DNA from: Vulcanimicrobiota bacterium
Lineage (GTDB): Bacteria; Vulcanimicrobiota; Vulcanimicrobiia; Vulcanimicrobiales; Vulcanimicrobiaceae
NCBI GenBank assembly: GCA_963795855.1
Contig: CAWCIZ010000004.1
Span: 96,001 to 160,000, forward strand
Length of the DNA: 64,000 nt
Reading direction: 5' to 3'
Shown here: positions 41,062 through 51,032 of the stretch, piece by piece
Layout: every line of letters starts with the position of its first letter
Numbering within the stretch: the stretch's first letter is position 1
The notes under the pieces: generated by a model
Databases searched by the model: none
Told to the model about the DNA's origin: nothing
What the model saw: the letters and a program-made list of their open reading frames with translations, nothing else
Made by a program: the position numbers and the translations under genes

Positions 41062-42071
41062 GCGATCTGCATTTCGACGTGGTCGGAGCGGAAGGACCGA
41101 AGCAGTTCTTTTCACGCCTGACCAAAGAGACCATCGCGCACGGCTACCTCTTCACCGGAACGGGCGGAGCCGGCAAGAAAACGTTCGCGCGCCGCCTCGC
41201 GCAATCGCTGCTGTGCCAGGCGCCGCACCCGGCCGGCATTCTCGGTTACGACGGTACGTGTACTTCCTGCAAACTCATCGGCAAGACCGAAACGCGGCAT
41301 CCGGATTTGCTCGAAAGCGTCGGAGCGTTGAAAATCGGCGAAACGGATGAAGCGCTCGGTTTCCACGAAACCGAAGCGATTACGTCGCGGGATTTGGTGC
41401 GCCAACTCTCACTGCAGTCGTACAGCGGAGGCTTTCGCGTTTTCATCTTGGGCGACGTCGATTTCGCCTCGCCGGCCGCCGCGAACGCGCTGCTGAAGTT
41501 CTTCGAAGAACCGCCCGCGAGCGTCGTGCTTCTCGTGACCTCGTCGACTCCGGCGCGGCTGCTTTCGACGATTCGCTCGCGTCTCATCGAGATTCGTTTT
41601 CCCTCGCTTTCCGCCGCACAAGTAGAAGCGATCCTGCGCGAGCACGGCTTCGGCGAAGAGCGCGCGAAACTCGGCGCAGGGTTGTCGCAAGGCTCGGCCA
41701 CGCGCGCGATGGATGCGCTGGCGGAAGAGGAAGAGCATTTGCGAGGTCAGGTCGCCGCTTGGTTCTTCGAAGTGGTCGGCGGGACGACGCCGGAAGGTAC
41801 GTGGGCGACGCGCGAAACGTTGGACGAAGGACTCGAGATCCTAAAAACGCTGCTGCGGGATTGGGTCGCCCTGACGAGTGCCGGACGCAACGCGCGTATT
41901 CTCGCGCTCGACTACGACGCGGACCTTCAGAAGTTGCCGAAAATCGATTCACAGAGCGCGATTGCGGCGTTTGCGAAACTCACGGAAGCGCAGCGTCTGG
42001 CGCGCACCAACGTGAGTCCGGCGCTCGTCGCCGATTTCGTGCGTATGGCGCTGACCGGGACGGCCGCTTAA
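41058..42071 (+). CDS. holB: DNA polymerase III delta-prime subunit
   Basis: HGYLFTG..G.GKK, HPD, AANALLKFFEEPP, LLSTIRSR; follows tmk. Confidence 0.9.
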   Translation: MSDLHFDVVGAEGPKQFFSRLTKETIAHGYLFTGTGGAGKKTFARRLAQSLLCQAPHPAGILGYDGTCTSCKLIGKTETRHPDLLESVGALKIGETDEALGFHETEAITSRDLVRQLSLQSYSGGFRVFILGDVDFASPAAANALLKFFEEPPASVVLLVTSSTPARLLSTIRSRLIEIRFPSLSAAQVEAILREHGFGEERAKLGAGLSQGSATRAMDALAEEEEHLRGQVAAWFFEVVGGTTPEGTWATRETLDEGLEILKTLLRDWVALTSAGRNARILALDYDADLQKLPKIDSQSAIAAFAKLTEAQRLARTNVSPALVADFVRMALTGTAA

Positions 42072-42072
42072 C

Positions 42073-42774
42073 TTACCAAAATCGAAAGGCGAGATCGGCG
42101 TACTGGCGCGCGACGATCAGTGCGATGTATCCGAGCGCCACCGCCGTTAGCAGCACCTGCGCCGCATCGAATCCCACCCCCATGTATCCGCCGATCGCGT
42201 TCAGCGCGAAAACGGTAAGCCCGCGCCAGACGACGTACGAGACGATCGTGAGGATCGCCGTTGCGAGCGGATGGCGACGCGCGGCCTGCACGGACGCGGA
42301 GAAGACGCCGCCCGCGGGAATGCCGCCGATCGCGGCCGCGGGGATCGCGTAGATGAACGCCCACACCGCCAAGACGGTGAGCGCGAGCGAAACGTACGGG
42401 CCGCCGATGTTTCCAATCAATCCCGCGACGTAAATCAAGAAATAGAAACCGATGATCGCGAGCAGGATGTTACCAGCCTTCGCTTTACCTTGCTCCCATG
42501 CCGCGGGCAAGTTTCCGCGTCCATGGCGCCACGCGTCGTCGGCGAAGATGACGGCAAGCGCAAAGCCGAATCCGTAAACCAGCTGGATGACGAAGTTGAT
42601 TATCGGATCGCCTGCGCCGCCGATCGGATTGAACAGGGGAGCTTCGAGGTAACTCAAGCCGAGTCCGATGACCGCCGCGATGATCGGATAAAACAGTACG
42701 CCGGCGTTGCGCACGTACAGCGGCAACGCCTCGAAGTACAGTTTCCAATCCAGTCCGCTCGTCGGGCGGCGCAT
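42073..42774 (-). CDS. Hypothetical multi-pass membrane protein
   Basis: About 6 hydrophobic segments. Confidence 0.75.
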   Translation of the reverse strand: MRRPTSGLDWKLYFEALPLYVRNAGVLFYPIIAAVIGLGLSYLEAPLFNPIGGAGDPIINFVIQLVYGFGFALAVIFADDAWRHGRGNLPAAWEQGKAKAGNILLAIIGFYFLIYVAGLIGNIGGPYVSLALTVLAVWAFIYAIPAAAIGGIPAGGVFSASVQAARRHPLATAILTIVSYVVWRGLTVFALNAIGGYMGVGFDAAQVLLTAVALGYIALIVARQYADLAFRFW

Positions 42775-42775
42775 C

Positions 42776-43582
42776 CTAGGCTCGTGCTCCTTGGAGCGCC
42801 GTCCGGCAAGTGCACTTCTGATCGACGTCGAGATGCTCGACGATTTTGAAGATGCCGTCCTTCACGCGCGCGTTGTTCTTGTTGAATACTTCGATGACTT
42901 CGTGATGCGAGACGGGCTGAATGCCCCCGACCCCCTCGAGGCCTACGTCGTAATCGGTTATCAGCGAGATGTTCACATAGCACATCTCCAGCTCGCGCGC
43001 CAGATACGCCTCGGGATATTGGGTCATGTTGATGACTTCCCATCCCATCGAAGAAAACCATCGGGACTCCGAGCGCGTCGAGAACCGCGGTCCTTGGATC
43101 ACCACGACTGTGCCGCGATCGTGCGTTTCGATGCCTAGCGCTCGCAGCTGTTCGAGGGCGACCGGGCGCATCGTCGGACAGTACGGATCGGCAAAGCTGA
43201 CGTGCGTGGTTATCGGTCCGTCGTAGAACGTGTCTTTTCGGCCGGACGTGCGGTCCACGATCTGATCCGCGACCACCATCGAGCCCGGCTTGAATTCGGG
43301 CGTGAGCGAACCGCAGGCGGTCGGCGCGATGATGCGCTTGACGCCCAGGGACTTCATCGCCCACAGGTTTGCGCGATAATTAATGGCGTGCGGCGGGTAG
43401 CGATGGTCTTTTGCGTGACGCGGCAGAAACGCGACGCGTTTTCCGGCGATTTCGCCGAGTGCCAATTTATCGCTGGGTGCGCCGTACGGCGTTTCGATCG
43501 GGACTTCCCGGGCGTTCTCGATGAGCGAATAGAACCCCGAACCGCCAAAAACGCCGATGTCGGCGCGCTCTTCTGTCTCCAT
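42776..43582 (-). CDS. mtnP: S-methyl-5'-thioadenosine phosphorylase
   Basis: IGVFGGSG, TPYG.PS, FLPRH, NYRAN, ACGSL, GPRFST..ES, INMT..PE, TDYD. Confidence 0.93.
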   Translation of the reverse strand: METEERADIGVFGGSGFYSLIENAREVPIETPYGAPSDKLALGEIAGKRVAFLPRHAKDHRYPPHAINYRANLWAMKSLGVKRIIAPTACGSLTPEFKPGSMVVADQIVDRTSGRKDTFYDGPITTHVSFADPYCPTMRPVALEQLRALGIETHDRGTVVVIQGPRFSTRSESRWFSSMGWEVINMTQYPEAYLARELEMCYVNISLITDYDVGLEGVGGIQPVSHHEVIEVFNKNNARVKDGIFKIVEHLDVDQKCTCRTALQGARA

Positions 43583-43626
43583 AAGGGGCGCTGGATTCTG
43601 GGAAAAGGCCGCCACCCCTCGAAGCA

Positions 43627-45261
43627 ATGCCTATGCTCAGGCGATTCGCCGGCGGCGTGCTCGCCGCAACCCTGCTCTTCACCGGATGCAGCCGCGTAGC
43701 GCAAAGCCCCGCACCGAACGGCCGGCATGCGTTCAGCGTGCCGCACGTTCTGCGAATCGCCGACATTTCGGATCCGGACAATCTAAACGAGTATCTGTCG
43801 ACGATGGATTTGGTGTATTTCCTCTCGTCCATGATCTACTCGTACCTCGTCGTTGCGGACGATCGGGGGCAACTCGAAGGCGATCTCGCGCTCGAGGTGC
43901 CGACGCTTGCAAACGGCGGCATTTCGCGCGACGGCAAGACGTACGTCTACCATTTGCGCCGGAACGTCCGCTGGCACGACGGCGCGCCGCTGACGTCCGC
44001 CGACGTGCGCTTTTCATGGCAAGCTGTCGTCAATCCGAACAACAACACGCTGCATCGCGAAGGCTACACGGAAATCGCCTCAATCGATACGCCGGATCCC
44101 TACACGGTCGTCGTACATTTGCGGCGCCGTTACCCACCGTTCGTGTCCAAATTTTTCACGCCGCTTCAGGAAGGCGGCAAGCCGATTCTGCCCGCGCACC
44201 TCCTGGCAAAATACCGCTCGATAAATCAAGTGCCGTTCAACTCCGCGCCGATCGGAAGCGGCCCGTTCCGGTTCGTGCGGTGGGAGCGTGGACGCAAGAT
44301 AGTTCTGGAACGGAATACCGCCTACTACAGAGGCGTTCCGAAGCTCGAGCGTATAGAATTGAACGTCATCCCGGAAGATCAAACGATTTTCAACGAAGTA
44401 AGACTGCATCATCTAGACCTCGTCGATTCGCCGCCCGTAACGATGTACGATAAATACCGCTCGCTGCAGGATGTCACGACGCAGCTGTACCCGTGGAACT
44501 CGCAGGCGTTGCTTATTATGAACGAAAGTCACCCCGGCTTGGACGACGTTCGCGTGCGGCGCGCCCTGGTACAGTCGATCGACTACGGCGCAATCATACA
44601 AAAACTCACGCACGGTTCGGGGGAACCGGCGTACGACATCATTCCGCCGACCGCGGTCGGTTACGTGAAAAATCCGCCGTACCAGTACGATCCAACTGCG
44701 GCCAATGCGACCCTCGAGCAAGCGGGCTACAAGATGGAGCCGGACGGCGTGCGCGCCAAGGGCAAGGTTCGGCTGGATTACACACTCGACATCATCGCCG
44801 GATCGGATTCGCTGCGGATGGTTGCGGTGCAACTGCAGGAGTATTTTCACGCAATCGGCGTCCGCCTTTCGATTAAGACCTGGGCGTACGACGAGATCTT
44901 CACGCCGGACGGCCCAATCTACGGCAACCGCTACGATTTCGCGACGTACGGCGTGACGCTCTCGTGGGATCCGGACATGCTGTATTATATCGGTTGCGAC
45001 TACTTCTATCCCAAGGGTGAAAACACGTACCGGTATTGCAATCGCCAAGTCGACGCGTTGGAGAAAGCGGGACTGGACACGGACGATCCGGCAAGCCGCG
45101 CGCGCGTCTATTTGCGAGCGGAGCCGCTGCTCTGGCAAACGGTTCCTTATATTCCGCTCTACGAGCGGCGCCGCATCGCGGTTCACTCTCCCGACCTGCG
45201 CAACTTCAAGGTGAATCCCAGCAGCACGCCGTGGTACAACATTTGGCAGTGGGACATTTGA
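43627..45261 (+). CDS. Peptide/nickel ABC transporter substrate-binding lipoprotein (family 5)
   Basis: Lipobox LFTGC, SRDGKTY..HLR..V.WHDG.PLTSADV.FS, PIGSGPF. Confidence 0.92.
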   Translation: MPMLRRFAGGVLAATLLFTGCSRVAQSPAPNGRHAFSVPHVLRIADISDPDNLNEYLSTMDLVYFLSSMIYSYLVVADDRGQLEGDLALEVPTLANGGISRDGKTYVYHLRRNVRWHDGAPLTSADVRFSWQAVVNPNNNTLHREGYTEIASIDTPDPYTVVVHLRRRYPPFVSKFFTPLQEGGKPILPAHLLAKYRSINQVPFNSAPIGSGPFRFVRWERGRKIVLERNTAYYRGVPKLERIELNVIPEDQTIFNEVRLHHLDLVDSPPVTMYDKYRSLQDVTTQLYPWNSQALLIMNESHPGLDDVRVRRALVQSIDYGAIIQKLTHGSGEPAYDIIPPTAVGYVKNPPYQYDPTAANATLEQAGYKMEPDGVRAKGKVRLDYTLDIIAGSDSLRMVAVQLQEYFHAIGVRLSIKTWAYDEIFTPDGPIYGNRYDFATYGVTLSWDPDMLYYIGCDYFYPKGENTYRYCNRQVDALEKAGLDTDDPASRARVYLRAEPLLWQTVPYIPLYERRRIAVHSPDLRNFKVNPSSTPWYNIWQWDI

Positions 45262-46817
45262 ACGCGGCGGACCTCGACGTTTTGATCGTCGGCGCGGGCC
45301 CGGCCGGTCTGGCGACGGCGGCGGAGGCCGCCAGATTCGGCCTGAGATATCGCCTTATCGACAAAGCGTCGCACGGCGCGCAGCATTCCCAGGCGCTCGT
45401 CGTGCAAGCAAGAACGCTCGAACAATTCGAACGCTACGAAATCGCGCAGCGCGCCATCGAGCGCGGCAGACGGCTGCACCGCATCCGCATGTACAGCGAC
45501 GGGAAGCGGATGCTCGAGGCCTCCTTCGATGAAATCCCCGGCAGCTATCCGTTCGTACTGTTTTTGCCGCAGACGCAGACGGAGCAGCTGCTGACCGAAC
45601 ACTTAGAAGCCCAGGGCGGCCGCATCGAACGCCAAACGGCGTTGACTTCGTTCGAAGACCGAGCAGACCACGTTGAATGCGAATTGGCGAGCGCGGACGG
45701 CACGACCGAACGCGTAACCTGCGCCTACCTCGTCGGCGCGGACGGCGCGCATAGCACGGTGCGGAGCATCCTCGGCATGCCGTTCGAAGGGCGCTCGGTC
45801 GACTTCGATTTCTTTTTGGGCGACTTGCGCGTGCAGGGCGACGTGCCGGCGGACGAACTGAGCGTCCATCTTCATGCGGGAAACCTCGTGTTTCTCGGGC
45901 GTATGGACGACACGCACTGCCGCTTCATCGTCGCGCTGCACGACGATCCGATGCAGCGTGAACCGGCCGTCGAAGATTTTCAAGCGGCCATCGATCTCTG
46001 CGGCATCGAAAATCTGCGCGTGAGCGATCCGCGGTGGATGGCCGCATTTCACGTGAGCGAGCGCAAGACGCCCGCATATTCGAAGGGACGCGTATTTCTC
46101 GCGGGTGACGCCACGAATATCCACTCGCCGGTCGGCGGGCAAGGAATGAACACCGGCATTCAGGACGCCGCCAATTTGATTTGGAAGATCGCACTGGTCG
46201 AATCGGGGCGGGCCCGCCCGGAACTTCTGGAGTCGTATGACGCCGAACGCAAACCGATCAGCGACGCGCTGATGAACACGACGGCGGCCGCGCTTCGGGC
46301 GGCGACTTCGTCGAACTGGCTGCTCGAACGCTTTCGGGACGCACTGCTTTCGCGTATTGCGACGTTCGATTCCGTTCAGGACCGTTTACGCGGCGCAGTG
46401 TCCGAGATAGGCATATCGTATCGGCGCAGTCCGATCGTGCGCGATTGCGGCGGAGGCGCCGCGCTCCGCGCGGGCGATCGCGCACCCGATTGCGAGGCGA
46501 CGGATGAAGCAGGCACGCATTTCCGTCTGTTCGATTTGCTCAAGGAACCGATCCATACCGTCATCGCGGCCAAACCGGAGCCGGGAGCCGACTTGCATCG
46601 TCTCGCCGCGCTGCTCGCTAAGTATCGCGACGTCATGCAAGGCAGCGTCCTCGTCGACGGCGACGCGGATTTTCAGCAGCAGTACGTGCACGGCGGCAGC
46701 ATGCTGTATGCGGTGAGGCCTGACGGCTATATCGGATTTCGCGGCACGTGCGCCGACGTTCCCGCTCTGGAGGAATGGGCCGGCGAATTGTTCGTCAAAC
46801 ACGAGCTGCGCTCGTGA
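45258..46817 (+). CDS. FAD-dependent monooxygenase (PheA/TfdB-like)
   Basis: GAGPAGL, GADGAHS.VR, GDA..HSPVGGQGMNTGIQDA, VRPDGYI. Confidence 0.92.
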   Translation: MNAADLDVLIVGAGPAGLATAAEAARFGLRYRLIDKASHGAQHSQALVVQARTLEQFERYEIAQRAIERGRRLHRIRMYSDGKRMLEASFDEIPGSYPFVLFLPQTQTEQLLTEHLEAQGGRIERQTALTSFEDRADHVECELASADGTTERVTCAYLVGADGAHSTVRSILGMPFEGRSVDFDFFLGDLRVQGDVPADELSVHLHAGNLVFLGRMDDTHCRFIVALHDDPMQREPAVEDFQAAIDLCGIENLRVSDPRWMAAFHVSERKTPAYSKGRVFLAGDATNIHSPVGGQGMNTGIQDAANLIWKIALVESGRARPELLESYDAERKPISDALMNTTAAALRAATSSNWLLERFRDALLSRIATFDSVQDRLRGAVSEIGISYRRSPIVRDCGGGAALRAGDRAPDCEATDEAGTHFRLFDLLKEPIHTVIAAKPEPGADLHRLAALLAKYRDVMQGSVLVDGDADFQQQYVHGGSMLYAVRPDGYIGFRGTCADVPALEEWAGELFVKHELRS

Positions 46818-47281
46818 ACAAGTACGTCGAGTTTCATTTGGGCCGCACCATAACGTTATCGACGCTTTCGGAGATGCTCGTAGAGGTCGGCATCAAGCGT
46901 TTTCAGGGTTTCGTTCGTCTAAGCGAAATGGGTGAAGGGCGGTTCGTGCTGTCATTTCCGCGTTCCGGTTCGGCGGAAATTTCGCTGTTTTCGCTGATCC
47001 GTGAAAATCCGAGCCAGTTATATGCCGAGCGCAGCGTTGCGTTTCTCGGCGATTGGGTGCTCGAGGCGTACACGGCCGAAATTTGCCGGCGCACCGGCGC
47101 GTTGATATCTACCGAAGAGGACACGGCTTTGCACACTTCGCAGATGAAGCCGCACCCGACGTTCGCCGATTGGCTGCTCGCGGATCCGGCACGAGAAGCA
47201 ACGGCTGAGGAACTGTTCGCCCGCTATTCTCCTGCCGTGCCGCTGCCGCTTCGCGGCATCGTCAGCTTCCGCCACCGCTAG
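46814..47281 (+). CDS. Hypothetical protein
   Basis: GTG start overlaps the upstream TGA; protein-like composition. Confidence 0.55.
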   Translation: MNKYVEFHLGRTITLSTLSEMLVEVGIKRFQGFVRLSEMGEGRFVLSFPRSGSAEISLFSLIRENPSQLYAERSVAFLGDWVLEAYTAEICRRTGALISTEEDTALHTSQMKPHPTFADWLLADPAREATAEELFARYSPAVPLPLRGIVSFRHR

Positions 47282-47653
47282 AGCAGTTCGATCCGGTTGC
47301 CGAACGGATCGTGCACGAATGCGCGGATCGATCCGGACGCGTCATCCGTTTGGTACGCGATGCCGGCATGGCGCAAGCGGTCGAGCATCCCGGGCAAATC
47401 CGCGCAGCGCAACGCCGGATGTGCCTTGCGCGCCGGCCGAAAGTCGTCCTCGACGCCTAAGTGCAGCCGGACGTCGCCGGCCTCGAACCAGCAGCCGCCT
47501 CGCTTTGCGAGCCTGCGCAGGTTTCGGGACTTCGGTCATGCCGAGCACGCCGCAAAAGAACGCGCGCGCTTGCTCTTCACCGCCGGGCGGCATCGCGAGC
47601 TGAACGTGATCGATCGTGAGTAAGGCGGCTCGCGCACGGAGCCCGTCCTTCAA
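47278..47653 (-). CDS. VOC/glyoxalase family protein (frameshift near 47515)
   Basis: IDHVQLAMPPG.E..AR.FF, then GGCWF..LHLGVE..KAHPA..DPFGNRIELL. Confidence 0.85.
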
Positions 47654-48123
47654 CGGTTGAAGTCCGACGGCTTGAGCTCTTCGATGAATTTTTTGAAGCG
47701 CTCGACTTCCGCGTCTTCGGTCTTTTTGTCGGGTACGGATTCTTCGAGCACGATATTGTCTGAGACGTAGATCGGCGCGCTCATCCGAAGCGCCAGTGCG
47801 ATGCCGTCCGAGGGACGGGCGTCGATCTCTTGGAGTTCGCCATTGGTGCGCACGACGAGCTTCGCAAAGAAGGTCGACTCGCGAATGTCGTGGATCACGA
47901 CCTGCTCGAGTCGAGCGTCGAGCGTTTCAAACACATTGCGCATCAGATCGTGCGTCAGCGGACGTGGAACGGGCGCACCTTCGAGCGCGAGCGCGATCGC
48001 GGTTGCTTCGAACGGACCGATGAGAATCGGCAAGAAGCGCTTGCCGTCAATGTCCTTTAGGATGACGACCGGGTCGTGAGTCAACAGATCGATGCCGAGC
48101 TTGTCGACCTTCATCTGGCGCAT
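47650..48123 (-). CDS. Bifunctional nuclease family protein (DUF151)
   Basis: LPILIG.FEA.AI, PRPLTHDL, IDARPSD.IALALR. Confidence 0.92.
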   Translation of the reverse strand: MRQMKVDKLGIDLLTHDPVVILKDIDGKRFLPILIGPFEATAIALALEGAPVPRPLTHDLMRNVFETLDARLEQVVIHDIRESTFFAKLVVRTNGELQEIDARPSDGIALALRMSAPIYVSDNIVLEESVPDKKTEDAEVERFKKFIEELKPSDFNR

Positions 48124-48237
48124 GTGAGTCCTATCCTACGCACTCCACCGCTAATCATGCCTGAGGCACCAGCCGGGCCTGCCGAGCCGCCGAGCCAGGG
48201 TGCGTCGCACCCGCAGCCGAACGGAGCGCGGTTCATC

Positions 48238-49332
48238 ATGGCTCTTTCGTGCGGAATCGTCGGGTTGCCGAACGTCGGCAAGTCCACGATATTCAATGCG
48301 CTCACCCGTTCGGCACAGGCGTTGGCGGCAAACTATCCGTTCGCGACCATCGAACCCAACGTCGGCGAAGTGCCGGTGCCCGACGCGCGCCTCGCCGTCC
48401 TAGCCGATCTCGTCAATTCCAAACAGATCGTCCCCGCGACGATGCGGTTTGTGGACATCGCGGGGCTCGTGCGCGGCGCCAGCACCGGTCAAGGCCTCGG
48501 CAATGCCTTTCTAAGTCATATTCGCGAAACGGATGCGGTCGCTATGGTCGTGCGCTGCTTCGAAGACGAGAACGTCACGCACGTCGAAGGCGGCCCGGAC
48601 CCGCGCCGCGACATCGAAATCGTCGGCATCGAAATGGCGCTTGCGGATTTGGCTTCGCTGCAGAAGCGGCTCGACAAACTGGAGCGCGAGGCCCGGGCGA
48701 ATCCGAAGCTGCGATACAAAGTCGATGCAGCCAAGAGCCTCGTCAAAGCGCTGGAGGACAACGTTCCCGCGCGTACGTTCGCGAAAGAGTCGCCTGAAGC
48801 CGAGGTCGCCGCTGAGTCGTTCTTGCTGACCGCCAAACCGCTGCTCTACGTCGCCAACATCGACGAGGAGCAGATCCGCCGGCCGGGCCCGCTGCTGCAA
48901 AGCGTGCATGAGGCGGCGGCGGCGGACGGTAGCAGCGTGGTCGCCTTCTGCGGCAAGGTCGAGGCCGAACTGGCCGGGCTCTCGGAAGACGAGGCCGCAG
49001 AGTTCCGGGCTGAACTCGGGATCGAACGCGGCGGCCTCGACCAGCTCATCGTCTGCGCGTACGACCTGCTCGGCCTCATGACGTTCCTGACGGCGGGCGA
49101 AAAGGAAGTGCGCGCCTGGACCATCGGGCGCGGAACGAAGGCTCCGGCCGCCGCGGGAAAGATTCACAGCGATATCGAGCGCGGCTTCATCCGTGCCGAG
49201 ATCGTCGATTACGACGACTACGTCGCATGCAAGTCCATGGATGCGCTGCGCACTGCGGGTTTGGTGCGCAGCGAGGGAAAGGACTATGTAATGCGCGAGG
49301 GCGACGTCGTCAATTTCAAGTTTAACGTGTAG
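48238..49332 (+). CDS. ychF: Redox-regulated ATPase YchF
   Basis: GIVGLPNVGKST, NYPFATIEPN, DIAGLV.GAS.G.GLGN.FL, IHSDIERGFIRAE. Confidence 0.97.
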   Translation: MALSCGIVGLPNVGKSTIFNALTRSAQALAANYPFATIEPNVGEVPVPDARLAVLADLVNSKQIVPATMRFVDIAGLVRGASTGQGLGNAFLSHIRETDAVAMVVRCFEDENVTHVEGGPDPRRDIEIVGIEMALADLASLQKRLDKLEREARANPKLRYKVDAAKSLVKALEDNVPARTFAKESPEAEVAAESFLLTAKPLLYVANIDEEQIRRPGPLLQSVHEAAAADGSSVVAFCGKVEAELAGLSEDEAAEFRAELGIERGGLDQLIVCAYDLLGLMTFLTAGEKEVRAWTIGRGTKAPAAAGKIHSDIERGFIRAEIVDYDDYVACKSMDALRTAGLVRSEGKDYVMREGDVVNFKFNV

Positions 49333-49433
49333 GAGGCGGGCGGCGCCTTGGGTGCGACTTTTGAACATAGGGGAACACTCGTGCAGGCCGTAACTCTCTC
49401 AAGTTTGGTTTCTGCTGGAGGCTCTACATCTCG

Positions 49434-50693
49434 ATGACCACTGCTGTGCGCGAAGTGTCCGTATTCGGAGACGCCATTACGTATTTCAACGAGGCTGCCG
49501 CGCTCCTGGAACTCGATTCCACCATGCGCGCGATCCTGACGCACCCCACCCGTCAGATCATCTTTTCGATTCCGTTCCAGCGCGACAACGGTGAATTCGA
49601 AGTCTACACGGGCTACCGTGTGCAGTACAGCTTTGCGCGCGGCCCGGCGAAGGGCGGCATCCGCTTCCACCCGGGGGTGACGCTCGACGAGGTAACGGCC
49701 CTTGCGTTCTGGATGACGTGGAAATGCGCGGTCGTCGATCTCCCGTTCGGCGGCGGCAAAGGCGGCGTCACCTGCGATCCGTCGAAACTTTCGCAAGGCG
49801 AGCTCGAGCGCATCACGCGCCGGTACGCCGCGGAGCTCGTCGAAGTGGTCGGACCGGACAAAGACGTCCCTGCGCCCGATGTGAACACGAATCCGCAAAC
49901 GATGGCGTGGTTCATGGACACGTATTCGATGCACGTTCGTCAGGCGGTGCCCGGCGTCGTCACCGGCAAACCCCTGTCGATTGGCGGCTCGAAGGGCCGC
50001 GTCGAGGCCACGGGCCGCGGTGTCATGATCTGTGGAATGGATGAACTGGAGAATCTCGGCGTCAAACCTGCGGACGCGCGCATCGTCATCCAAGGTTTCG
50101 GCAACGTCGGCCGCTGGGCCGCGGAACTTTTCCAACTGCGCGGCTGCAAAATCGTCGGCATCTCCGACGTGACCGGCGCTTACTACAACGAGAAAGGTAT
50201 CGACATCTCGCAAGCGGTCGCGCATACCGGCCGTTATCGCAATTTGGACGGATTCAAAGGCGGCGAGAAGATCAGCAACGCGGAATTGCTGGAGTCCGAC
50301 TGTGAAGTGCTCGTCCCTGCGGCGCTCGAGAAAGTCCTCACGGCCGAAAATGCCGGCAAGATCAAAGCGAAACTGATCGTCGAAGGCGCGAATGGTCCGA
50401 CTACGCCGGATGCGGATCGCATCTTCAACGAGCGCGGCATCGTGGTGATTCCCGACATCATGGCCAACGCAGGCGGCGTGACGGTGTCGTACTTCGAGTG
50501 GGTTCAGGATCGCATGGGCTACTTTTGGAAGCTGTCGGAAGTGAACGAACGGCTCGAAGATACGCTTATCACGAATTTCCACGAGCTGCGCGGCGTGTCG
50601 AACCGGCACAGAATTCCGTACCGGACGTCGGCATACATGATCGCGATCGATCGCGTCGTACAGGCCCTCAAACTGCGCGGCGTCTACGCCTAA
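49434..50693 (+). CDS. gdhA: Glutamate dehydrogenase
   Basis: GPAKGGIRF, MTWKCA, GGGKGG, DVPAPD, QGFGNVG, ANAGGVTVSYFEW. Confidence 0.95.
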   Translation: MTTAVREVSVFGDAITYFNEAAALLELDSTMRAILTHPTRQIIFSIPFQRDNGEFEVYTGYRVQYSFARGPAKGGIRFHPGVTLDEVTALAFWMTWKCAVVDLPFGGGKGGVTCDPSKLSQGELERITRRYAAELVEVVGPDKDVPAPDVNTNPQTMAWFMDTYSMHVRQAVPGVVTGKPLSIGGSKGRVEATGRGVMICGMDELENLGVKPADARIVIQGFGNVGRWAAELFQLRGCKIVGISDVTGAYYNEKGIDISQAVAHTGRYRNLDGFKGGEKISNAELLESDCEVLVPAALEKVLTAENAGKIKAKLIVEGANGPTTPDADRIFNERGIVVIPDIMANAGGVTVSYFEWVQDRMGYFWKLSEVNERLEDTLITNFHELRGVSNRHRIPYRTSAYMIAIDRVVQALKLRGVYA

Positions 50694-50704
50694 CTTCCTA
50701 GCCG

Positions 50705-51025
50705 TTACGGCAGCGAACGCACTTCGGTAATCGGCTCGAGCGCAAGCCCGGCGTCTTTCCACGCGGCATAGCCGCCTTCGAGCGCCTCCGCGTTGACGTA
50801 TCCTCTTTCGCGCAGCGTCTGCGCGATGCGCGACGACGAGTTACCGCTGCCGCAATACAGAACGACGCGCTCGTCTTTTGCAAACGGCAGCGGATTCGCG
50901 TTTTCGAGAGCCTCGCCGCTATAGCGCTCCGAGCCGGGAATCTGCATGCCGTCCGGCGTCTTGCGGATGTCGACCAACCTGACGGGCCGGCCCGGCGTCT
51001 TTTTCAAGTCCTCGACGTTTGCCAT
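50705..51025 (-). CDS. Rhodanese-like protein
   Basis: LVDIR, IPGS, YCGSG..S, LEGGYAAW. Confidence 0.85.
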   Translation of the reverse strand: MANVEDLKKTPGRPVRLVDIRKTPDGMQIPGSERYSGEALENANPLPFAKDERVVLYCGSGNSSSRIAQTLRERGYVNAEALEGGYAAWKDAGLALEPITEVRSLP

Positions 51026-51032
51026 GACGTCG

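Noticed and set aside
40449..42071. Apparent Tmk-HolB fusion (540 aa)
   Set aside because: Produced by a frameshift in tmk; holB has its own ATG at 41058 overlapping the tmk stop
10059..50762. Long antisense ORFs (e.g. 10059-11714, 21418-23547, 32456-34570, 38872-40446, 49284-50762)
   Set aside because: Expected shadows of GC-rich codon usage opposite well-supported genes; no motifs
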